IMG/VR virus record: IMGVR_UViG_3300018073_000014
Span: 1-35,900 of that record
DNA from: a virus
Taxonomy: Duplodnaviria; Caudoviricetes
DNA length: 35,900 nucleotides
Strand: one strand, 5' to 3'
Shown piece after piece: positions 15,783-22,478 of this stretch (position 1 is its first letter; every line of letters starts with the position of its first letter). Made by a program: the position numbers and the translations under genes. The notes under the pieces were generated by a model. The model did not search any database and had not been told where the DNA came from. It worked only from the letters and a program-made list of their open reading frames with translations.

Positions 15783-16312
15783 AACGTCATCGCCGCGAGT
15801 CGTTTCAGTAACGTCGCCTGCTCGGGGGTGAACGGCTCGAAGCTGTGCCGCGCCGTCTCGCGTCCGATCTCGAACCAGCGCGGGCGCGCGCCCTTCACCG
15901 CCGACATCATCCGCACCATGTCAACGTCGAAGGCGCATGGGCCCGCGGCGCCATCCTTCGTCAGCGGCCGCACGCGCAGGCCGGCGCCGTGGATCGAGAT
16001 CGGCAGCGCCCGGTGCCGCGGCCGGCACAGCGTAATTAAATTTTCCGGGTCCGAAGTATCTTCTTTCGGATTGCCGCCCATGCCTTTGTGCTTCAGGTGC
16101 GCGCTTTCGAGCGGCAGCTTGTGCTTGCGGCAGCCGCAGAGCGGGAAGCGACAGTAGCCGTCGCGATCGCGCACGACGTCTTTCTGCTTCCGCTCGCGCG
16201 TCGCGCGCTTCGTCGTGTTCTTTGCGCGCTCGACCTTCAGCACGACGGGCTGCTTGAAGTGCGCGCCAGGTTTCCAGCGCGGCGGCCAGGTGTCGGTGAG
16301 CTCGTCGCTCAT
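15779..16312 (-). CDS. HNH endonuclease
   Basis: VRDRDGYCRFPLC...ESAHL...GMGG...ENLITLCRPRH; ATG 16312 with a GAGG RBS. Confidence 0.82.
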   Translation of the reverse strand: MSDELTDTWPPRWKPGAHFKQPVVLKVERAKNTTKRATRERKQKDVVRDRDGYCRFPLCGCRKHKLPLESAHLKHKGMGGNPKEDTSDPENLITLCRPRHRALPISIHGAGLRVRPLTKDGAAGPCAFDVDMVRMMSAVKGARPRWFEIGRETARHSFEPFTPEQATLLKRLAAMTL

Positions 16313-16404
16313 CGAATCCTCAGCCCGCGGCCGAACGCGACGCCGATCAGGAAGCCGCCCACGAAGACGACCCAAAGCGCGAAGAGGCCGAGAATCAGGC
16401 TCAA
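16309..16404 (-). CDS. Small single-TM peptide (31 aa)
   Basis: Manual translation MSLILGLFALWVVFVGGFLIGVAFGRGLRIR, with 4-nt overlaps at both ends. Confidence 0.55.
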   Translation of the reverse strand: MSLILGLFALWVVFVGGFLIGVAFGRGLRIR

Positions 16405-16679
16405 TGCTTCACCATCAACTTGCAGAGTTCCTGGCGCAGCTCCACGGCGAGCGCATCGAGCTCGTCGTCGAGCAGGTCGGCCTCAACGATCGTCTCCCCG
16501 ATGTCGTTGCTTGTGTCGGGTGTGTCGAGTGCGTCGACGAGCGCCGTGCGATACGACACCATGCCGACGACAAACACGTGCCGCAGTGTTTCGAGCCACT
16601 CGGGATCGAGCGGCTCGGCGCCGACTTTCTCAAACTCGTCGACCAGATCCTGCCAGCAGCGCCGCAACCGATCCGTCAT
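16401..16679 (-). CDS. Hypothetical acidic protein (92 aa)
   Basis: ATG 16679 in an ATGA overlap with an AGGGGG RBS. Confidence 0.7.
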   Translation of the reverse strand: MTDRLRRCWQDLVDEFEKVGAEPLDPEWLETLRHVFVVGMVSYRTALVDALDTPDTSNDIGETIVEADLLDDELDALAVELRQELCKLMVKH

Positions 16680-16786
16680 CGATCCCCCTGGCGATGCTGT
16701 TCGAGCCATCGGGCACTGACGAATTGCGGCGACGGCTCACCCTTCAGCCAGAGCCAGAGACGACGCCAGAGCGGCACGTCGGTCAT
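16676..16786 (-). CDS. Small Trp-rich peptide (36 aa)
   Basis: Manual translation MTDVPLWRRLWLWLKGEPSPQFVSARWLEQHRQGDR, with ATGA overlaps at both ends. Confidence 0.55.
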   Translation of the reverse strand: MTDVPLWRRLWLWLKGEPSPQFVSARWLEQHRQGDR

Positions 16787-17400
16787 GCACAGCACTCGCG
16801 GATGATACGTCGAGCCTCGTCGAAATCGCGACGGTCAGGGAACCGCTCGACCTTGAAGCGTCCGCTCGGGCGCAGGTAGAACGCGAGGCGCTCGTAGTGC
16901 TCGGCCGGCAGTCCGCCGCGCGCGCCGCTGACGAGGATCGCCTGCAGCGCCGTCTGTAGTGCGTCGCTCTTTTTCGGGTCGCCGCTCTTCACCTCGGCGA
17001 TCGTGCGGCAGCCATACATCAGGCCGACACGATCCGGCCGCCCGCCGAAGCGGTAGCCCCAATGCACGAAGGGCACCTCGATCGACTCCCACGTCGGCCG
17101 CGTGCAATTGGTCGCCGCGACGTAGCCGAGCAGGTAGTTGCGGAACGGCGAGACGCACGTGCGCGCGTCGAGCGAGCCGAGATCGTAGTGCTTCGTGAGC
17201 TCGTGCACGCACGTGCCGCGGTCGCTGCCTTCGTCGGTGAACCAGAGATCGTCGATGTAGCCGGTCTGCTGCAGCATCCCCGTGATGTGCGGGAGCTGCT
17301 CGCCGGTGTCGAGCGCGGTGTAAGCGTGATCGATCGCATCGAAGCGGAACGCGCCGCCGTTGGCGACCGGGCCGAAATCATCGAGTTCAGCGCGGAACAT
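16783..17400 (-). CDS. PD-(D/E)XK (RecB/Cas4-like) exonuclease
   Basis: FDAIDHAY, RGTCVH, E..FVH..YRFGGRPDR, IAEVKSG and LQTA; lies one small ORF downstream of the annealase. Confidence 0.82.
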   Translation of the reverse strand: MFRAELDDFGPVANGGAFRFDAIDHAYTALDTGEQLPHITGMLQQTGYIDDLWFTDEGSDRGTCVHELTKHYDLGSLDARTCVSPFRNYLLGYVAATNCTRPTWESIEVPFVHWGYRFGGRPDRVGLMYGCRTIAEVKSGDPKKSDALQTALQAILVSGARGGLPAEHYERLAFYLRPSGRFKVERFPDRRDFDEARRIIRECCA

Positions 17401-17578
17401 CAATCCCCCAACTTTCAAGTTCTGACTTCGGAGTCTTTTCGATCACGAGCCGGCGGAACGCGCGCAGCTCCGCGAGCTCGTCCACGATCCGCACGACGAG
17501 TGACCAGCGCAGGCCGTAGCAGACCGGCATGAGCGCGCGCAGCACCGCATCAAGATCGCGCGTGTGACTCGGGATCAT
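17387..17578 (-). CDS. Hypothetical protein (63 aa)
   Basis: ATGA overlap with the annealase stop; GGAGG RBS. Confidence 0.55.
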   Translation of the reverse strand: MIPSHTRDLDAVLRALMPVCYGLRWSLVVRIVDELAELRAFRRLVIEKTPKSELESWGIDVPR

Positions 17579-18600
17579 CCTTCCTCCCCTGGCTCGCGCT
17601 CGTGCGGGCCCTCGTGCATGTTGCTCTCGTCGTCGACCTGGCGCGGCGGTGTGGAAAACATCGGCGCCGGCGCCTCGATCGCCGCACAGACGGCGTCGTA
17701 GTCTTTCTGCTTGATGCTCTTCGTCGAGTCGAGCTGATAGTGTCCCTTGAGCCAGGCGCGGAAGGTCGCCTCGTCGCGCCCACTACTGCGCAGAATGGCA
17801 AACAATCTTTTCCGCTGTGGCGCGGTAATGGGCTGCTCGCTGTTGCCGTCGTGATGGCCGGGCGCCTGGCGCCGGTCCTGTCGTTGCTGCTGCACGCTGT
17901 CACCTCCACGGTTGCCGACTTCGTTCCAGAACGGCGGATCGATCGCGCGCCGCCACTTATACGGGTTCTTCTCGTGGCTCGTCGTCATCACCTTGACGCA
18001 GCGCGTCGCCATGAAGTGATTCAGCCAGGGGCGATCCCACAGCTCCAGGCCGACGCCGAGCCGCTTCGCGCAGCGCCGCAGCGCCGAGGCGACCGTCGCT
18101 TCGAGCGCGTCGCCGTAGGTCTGATCTTTGTTGTCGTCGAAATACTCTTGCTCACCGAACGCCATCGCCGCCGGCTTGCCGTGGATGTAGAGCACATACG
18201 GGCAGACGACGCTGTTGCCGGATCGCATCGGCTTCGCGCGCGGCACCAGGTTCCAGCCGAGGCGCCCGAAGGCGCGATTGAACCAGCGCGTATAACCAGG
18301 GTGTGAGAGGAACGGCCGGCCGTTCGGTTTGATCTCGACGTCGTCGACACGCACCGGCTCGGCGAGCACTTTCTCTTCGGCCTTCGTCAGCTTGATCTCG
18401 ACCAGGCCGAGCGCGCCGAGCGCCGTCTCCTCGCCGAGCACGTTCAGGTCATTTCCCGACTGTCGGGAAATGTCGACCGCCGGCGCGGCGACGAGCTCAG
18501 CCCGCCGCGCTTTTGCAAGCATTCGAGAGGGGGGTGTATGCGACTTCCGACGCGCGAGCGCCGTCGACGGCTTCGCCGGTTTCTTCCGTTTGGTTGTCAT
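17575..18600 (-). CDS. Mgm101/Rad52-like single-strand annealing recombinase
   Basis: DVEIKPNG...NRAFGRLGWNLVPR...HG......GEQEYF...ALRRCAKRLGVGLELWD closely follows the yeast Mgm101 core. There is an additional C-terminal helical domain ITAPQRKRLFAI. Confidence 0.85.
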   Translation of the reverse strand: MTTKRKKPAKPSTALARRKSHTPPSRMLAKARRAELVAAPAVDISRQSGNDLNVLGEETALGALGLVEIKLTKAEEKVLAEPVRVDDVEIKPNGRPFLSHPGYTRWFNRAFGRLGWNLVPRAKPMRSGNSVVCPYVLYIHGKPAAMAFGEQEYFDDNKDQTYGDALEATVASALRRCAKRLGVGLELWDRPWLNHFMATRCVKVMTTSHEKNPYKWRRAIDPPFWNEVGNRGGDSVQQQRQDRRQAPGHHDGNSEQPITAPQRKRLFAILRSSGRDEATFRAWLKGHYQLDSTKSIKQKDYDAVCAAIEAPAPMFSTPPRQVDDESNMHEGPHEREPGEEG

Positions 18601-18701
18601 CGGGTTCCTTTTTCGGGTAGGCTAGCGGTGCTTTCGGTTCGCTTGCTGTCCCCTTCGCTTGACGGCCGCCCGCTTCCACACGGGCGGCCGTTTCTGTTTT
18701 T
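18594..18701 (+). ncRNA. Putative antisense sRNA of about 70 nt with its own promoter and intrinsic terminator
   Basis: Plus-strand TTGTCA (18594-99)-18-TAGGCT (18618-23). Hairpin ACGGCCGCCCG-CTTCCACA-CGGGCGGCCGT (18662-91) followed by TTCTGTTTTT. Confidence 0.55.
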
Positions 18702-18707
18702 CAGCTC

Positions 18708-18845
18708 CTAGTCATCCCACACGATCGCGTCGATCGCCGCGCGCAATTTCCGCGCCCCTTCAGCGGACGGGCTCGCGATGAACGCACGCGCCGCCGCCTG
18801 CGCCGCCGCGACCTGCGCCTCGTGGTTCGGGTCTTTCTTCGCCAT
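18708..18845 (-). CDS. Small hypothetical protein (45 aa)
   Basis: Manual translation MAKKDPNHEAQVAAAQAAARAFIASPSAEGARKLRAAIDAIVWDD; TGATG overlap. Confidence 0.6.
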   Translation of the reverse strand: MAKKDPNHEAQVAAAQAAARAFIASPSAEGARKLRAAIDAIVWDD

Positions 18846-19120
18846 CACGCTACCTTCCCTTTCTGCCTTGTGGCTTCTGCCTCTTCGACGAGCTCCTCGA
18901 CTTCCGCTTCGGCCTCGCGCGTGCCGATCTGCTCGCAGCGCGTCAGGAAGATGATGACGTCGGCGTCGCTCGTCTCCTCGACTTCGCGCGTCGCGACCTT
19001 CGCCAGCCGCCGGCGCACGTGCTCGAAGCGCGTCGATGACGTCGGCGTCAGCACGCCCTGCACGCGGTCGCCGCCTTTTTTCCCTCGGTAAATGGATGCC
19101 CGCCCGGTGGTGACTTTCAT
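18845..19120 (-). CDS. Putative ribbon-helix-helix transcriptional repressor (first early gene, leaderless)
   Basis: Strand RVQGVLT, helix to RRRLAK, then helix SDADVIIFL. The ATG sits 7 nt downstream of the -10 box of an operator-bearing promoter. Confidence 0.55.
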   Translation of the reverse strand: MKVTTGRASIYRGKKGGDRVQGVLTPTSSTRFEHVRRRLAKVATREVEETSDADVIIFLTRCEQIGTREAEAEVEELVEEAEATRQKGKVA

Positions 19121-19126
19121 GCGGGT

Positions 19127-19159
19127 AGGGTAGCTGTGCGGTGCGATGTTGTCAACAAG
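19127..19159 (-). promoter_or_regulatory. Promoter with overlapping operator (copy 4): TTGACA-17-TACCCT
   Basis: GATGTTGTCAACAAG at 19145-19159; -10 at 19132-19127; the predicted +1 coincides with ATG 19120. Confidence 0.75.
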
Positions 19160-19600
19160 TCAGGACGGGCGGCGCGGCGGCAGGTCGTCATCGCGTCGGC
19201 TTGGTCCCCAGGCGGCCATTACGTTCTTCGCTTGGTGCATCACGATCGACATCTCGCGCGTCGCCGCGGCGTCGTCGGTCAGGGCCTTTGTCGTGCCCTG
19301 CACGAGCTCGACAATGATCTTCGTTTGCGCCTGCCATTGGTCACTCTGCTTCTGCCAGAAGTCTGTAAGTTTTACGTAGTCGCGTCGGTAGAAAAACAGG
19401 ACCACGATCAGCACCAGCAGCAGGCCGCCCTGCCGCAGTGCTACTTCGAAGAGCTGCTCTGAGCCCGTTGGCGGCACCGAGTTCACCCCCTGCTCAATCG
19501 ACGTCGTGACGAGGCCAGCGACAAAGATCGCGCCGCCCGCGATCGAGGCCCGAAGCGCGTCGAGAAAGAGGCTGCCCGGCCCTAGTAGTCGTTGCGGCAT
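19160..19600 (-). CDS. Putative holin (BhlA-like membrane protein)
   Basis: Hydrophobic segments IAGGAIFVAGLVTT and QGGLLLVLIVVLFFY followed by a coiled coil; downstream of the putative lysin. The start is inferred at ATG 19600. Confidence 0.6.
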   Translation of the reverse strand: MPQRLLGPGSLFLDALRASIAGGAIFVAGLVTTSIEQGVNSVPPTGSEQLFEVALRQGGLLLVLIVVLFFYRRDYVKLTDFWQKQSDQWQAQTKIIVELVQGTTKALTDDAAATREMSIVMHQAKNVMAAWGPSRRDDDLPPRRPS

Positions 19601-19649
19601 CAAGAGTTTACGTCTATTCTCAGCCGTTCGGTTGAATGGTTGCACCAAA

Positions 19650-19665
19650 TGTTCCACGTGGAACA
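19650..19665. promoter_or_regulatory. parS: parS centromere-like site (chromosomal ParB/Spo0J consensus)
   Basis: Intergenic TGTTCCACGTGGAACA, within the perfect 18-bp palindrome 19649-19666, matches the widespread chromosomal parS consensus. Confidence 0.85.
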
Positions 19666-19679
19666 TATGCCGTGCCAGG

Positions 19680-20795
19680 TCAGCCGAGGAGCCCCTCGAC
19701 GAAGGCGCGGCCGCACGTGAGCTCCAGCGTGTTGAACAGCCGACAGTTGCCGGCGGTCCCTGCATCGGTATGATACCGGCCGCCGCACGCGCTGCGGGCC
19801 TGCGCGCCGGCGCCGTAGAAGGCTCTCGGGTCGCTTGATGTCTGCCCTGGCTTGAAGCCCTCGCCGCAGATGGCGACCAGGCCGCCCCAGGCGCCGGCAC
19901 CGGCAATGAACTCGACCGGGCCGTATTCACGGATCGCCTTCTGCACCGGCTCGCGCTCGCCGCTGAAGGTGAAGTAATCCCAATAGGGCAGCGCATCGGC
20001 GCCGCCGGTGACGGCCGAGGCGTTCGTCGCGAGCCGGTCGGTCGGCCGGCTGAAGTCTTTCGGGTCGAAGCCGTTCTTTTGGTATTCGTTCCCGAGCTGC
20101 TCGAAGTGGTTCGTGATGCCGGCCGTCGTCGCGCGCACCCCATCGACACGCACGTGCGGGTCGCCGAAGAATTGCTGATCGGCCAGGATGCAGCCCTCGC
20201 AGTAGAAGCCATACTCGGCGAGCAGCGAGAGGAAGCTGCGCATCTTCTCCGTGGGCATCTGCCAGGGTGAGGTGAGCCCGTTGCTGCCCGGCCCTTTCTG
20301 CAAGAGCACGCGCAGATTGTTGAAGCGCAGATCGTGCCGCTGCTGCAGCACCGGCCGGATCGCGTCGGCCCCTTCGAGATCATAGCGCCAGCCGAGCATC
20401 AGCTCCGTCGAGCCGACGATCACGTGCCGCTGTCCGCTCTCGGTGAAGAAATCGAACCGGCCGGCGACGATGCGCGGCAGCGCACTCGACTTGAGCGGCG
20501 GCAGCACGATGTCGAAGCCAGGCGTGACCGGATGCGACGGTTGACCGACGAAGAGGTTGTGCCCGCCGGCTGGAATGCCGCCAGGAATCAGCGAGCTCAG
20601 GACGTGGTCGTAAGGTTCGAAGCCGGCCGCGTGAATGTGGAGATTCACATCCCACGGTGATTCGGGCACGCGCGCGAAGAGCGCGTAGCCGTCGCCGTTG
20701 GTCGGCACCGTCTGATTGAAGCCGTCATTGCGTTCGAGCTGGATCGGGATGTTCGGCTTCCCCTCGATGATGAATGCGAGCGGCCGCTCAGCCAT
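19680..20795 (-). CDS. Clan GH-A (GH5-like) TIM-barrel glycoside hydrolase with an N-terminal beta domain; putative endolysin
   Basis: FNNLRV, acid/base motif QLGNE and candidate nucleophile ICGEG; GAGGA RBS; located between the tail genes and the holin. Confidence 0.6.
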   Translation of the reverse strand: MAERPLAFIIEGKPNIPIQLERNDGFNQTVPTNGDGYALFARVPESPWDVNLHIHAAGFEPYDHVLSSLIPGGIPAGGHNLFVGQPSHPVTPGFDIVLPPLKSSALPRIVAGRFDFFTESGQRHVIVGSTELMLGWRYDLEGADAIRPVLQQRHDLRFNNLRVLLQKGPGSNGLTSPWQMPTEKMRSFLSLLAEYGFYCEGCILADQQFFGDPHVRVDGVRATTAGITNHFEQLGNEYQKNGFDPKDFSRPTDRLATNASAVTGGADALPYWDYFTFSGEREPVQKAIREYGPVEFIAGAGAWGGLVAICGEGFKPGQTSSDPRAFYGAGAQARSACGGRYHTDAGTAGNCRLFNTLELTCGRAFVEGLLG

Positions 20796-20934
20796 GTGAT
20801 CCTCTCGTTATCTTCAGCAACAGCGACGTCACGCCGCACGCGATCAAGACGACGGCCCAGGCCCCGAGATACATCAGCCAGATCAGCCGCGCCCCTTCGA
20901 TCGCCAGCGTGACGCCGCCCCACTGAAACGGCAT
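20788..20934 (-). CDS. Small membrane protein (48 aa)
   Basis: Manual translation MPFQWGGVTLAIEGARLIWLMYLGAWAVVLIACGVTSLLLKITRGSHG; TGATG overlap upstream. Confidence 0.55.
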   Translation of the reverse strand: MPFQWGGVTLAIEGARLIWLMYLGAWAVVLIACGVTSLLLKITRGSHG

Positions 20935-21287
20935 CAGTGACCCTTGCTCTCGTCCTCGGCGCTCGCCGTCTTGTGATCCTTCGGCACCTTGCCGTGCGCG
21001 ACCAGGTCGACGATCTCGGGGATGTCGCTCTTGCGATCGTCGATCGCGAGTCGCAGCTCGTTGAACACCCTGCGGATGTTCGCGAGGAGCTGCGCTTGCG
21101 TCATCGTCGGCGCGTTCGCGACGACCGTCATCGCGTCGGCATACATCAGCTCGAAATTCTCAACTTCGTCGTTGAGAAACTCTTCGAGCCGCGCGCCGGC
21201 GTCGCTGTGTTTCTTGATCTTCGCGATCCCCTTCGCCCGCATCGCCTGGTGCTGTTGGTGCTCTTTCTTTTTCGCGCTTTCAGTCAT
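20934..21287 (-). CDS. Hypothetical helical protein (117 aa)
   Basis: ATG 21287 with an AGGAGAG RBS (MTESAKKKE...). Confidence 0.7.
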   Translation of the reverse strand: MTESAKKKEHQQHQAMRAKGIAKIKKHSDAGARLEEFLNDEVENFELMYADAMTVVANAPTMTQAQLLANIRRVFNELRLAIDDRKSDIPEIVDLVAHGKVPKDHKTASAEDESKGH

Positions 21288-21316
21288 TGACTCTCTCCTG
21301 TTTTGTGGACCGCGTG

Positions 21317-21691
21317 TTACACCTTCCCGATCTCGCCCTCGGCCTCGAACGTCAGCGAAGTGCCCGCGTCGGCGCCGCCGACGAGAAAGCCGTTCGTGCC
21401 TTCGAGCACCATATCGCCATACCAATCATAAACGTCGTTCGCCGCGATGACCTTCGCGACGCCGACGACTTCCGTGCCGGCCGCGTTCGCGCCGGTCGCG
21501 CCCTTGAAGAGCGTGAAGTTGTGCGGTGACGCCGTCTTGTTGACGATGCGGATGTGCTTCAGGCGGATGCGATCGGCGGTCGCGGTGTAGCCGACGCCGC
21601 CGGCACCAGCCGCCGCGGGCGCGATGATGTTTGTCGTCAGCGTCGCCGACAGCGCGACGGGTCCAAAAATCTCTTGCTTCTGTTGTGACAT
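21317..21691 (-). CDS. Beta-rich putative virion/tail protein
   Basis: 124 aa; GAGGAG RBS; LKHIRIVNKT...LVGGAD. Confidence 0.7.
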   Translation of the reverse strand: MSQQKQEIFGPVALSATLTTNIIAPAAAGAGGVGYTATADRIRLKHIRIVNKTASPHNFTLFKGATGANAAGTEVVGVAKVIAANDVYDWYGDMVLEGTNGFLVGGADAGTSLTFEAEGEIGKV

Positions 21692-21703
21692 TCGTCTGCT
21701 CCT

Positions 21704-22468
21704 CTAGAATCCGTCGACTTCCGACCAGATGACTTCAACCGTGAACGTCCACGTCAGTGTTGCCGGGAAAGCGGTCGCGCCGTTGCGGAGCACGAAACCC
21801 TCTTGATTCGCGAGAATCAACGGGAACGCCAGGCCGCCGAGGAACTCGCCCATCAAATTACATTTCGGGATGAATTGCGCCGAGCTCGCGACGCCGACCG
21901 CAGTCAAGACGCCGCCCGCGTTGCCCGTCACCGATCCGAAGTTCGATCCGTCGAGCGTCTTCGTGCCGGCCGTGAGCGCCGCCGTTGACGCGATGCCGGC
22001 GTCGTTCACCTCACTCGTCGCGTGCGTCGTGCGCAGCTTCGAGTTGTTAGTTGTGAGCACCGCGCGCGTGCCGCCCGATCCGGCCGCGGTCCAGGCGCGC
22101 GCGATTGTGCCGACGATCTGAAACGGTCCGGTGAGCACCGTCGTGCTGATCGCGGGCAAGGTCAACACCGCCGCGCTGATCGAGATGCCATGCACGAGCG
22201 CGACGCGCGAGCCCGCGGGCGCATAGCGAAACTGATAGATTTCCGCGTTCGCGCCGAGCGCCGCCGCCATCGTGCCCGACTGCATCCCGAGGCGATAGGC
22301 GCCGCCGGCGCCGACTGGCAGCGGTCCAGGCGTGACGTGTCCAGGCATCCAGCCAGGCGTGCCGCCCATGCCGACGCGCATCACGTTCGCCGCGGTGTTC
22401 GGATCGTTGATGACGGCGTGCAGCAGGCCGCCGGCGCCGGCCTCGAACGAAAAGCGTTTCAGATTCAT
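21704..22468 (-). CDS. Putative tail/virion structural protein
   Basis: 254 aa, Gly/Ala/Thr-rich, directly after the collagen fibre gene. Confidence 0.7.
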   Translation of the reverse strand: MNLKRFSFEAGAGGLLHAVINDPNTAANVMRVGMGGTPGWMPGHVTPGPLPVGAGGAYRLGMQSGTMAAALGANAEIYQFRYAPAGSRVALVHGISISAAVLTLPAISTTVLTGPFQIVGTIARAWTAAGSGGTRAVLTTNNSKLRTTHATSEVNDAGIASTAALTAGTKTLDGSNFGSVTGNAGGVLTAVGVASSAQFIPKCNLMGEFLGGLAFPLILANQEGFVLRNGATAFPATLTWTFTVEVIWSEVDGF

Positions 22469-22478
22469 CTAGCGCCCC

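Noticed and set aside
16783-17400. Cas4/CRISPR association of the exonuclease
   Set aside because: There is no repeat-spacer array or other cas gene, it lacks the Cas4 Fe-S cysteine cluster, and its context is a recombination module.
17650-17658. Isolated DnaA-box matches (TGTGGAAAA at 17650; TGTTGAAAA at 4683)
   Set aside because: Single 9-mers with no clustering or phasing are compatible with chance.
19650-19665. Alternative reading of the palindrome as a LexA box (TGTTC-N-GAACA) or as coding sequence MFHVEH
   Set aside because: The spacer is 6 nt with a CACGTG core and matches parS exactly. The MFHVEH translation is a known artefact of parS sequences and lies in an unsupported N-terminal extension.
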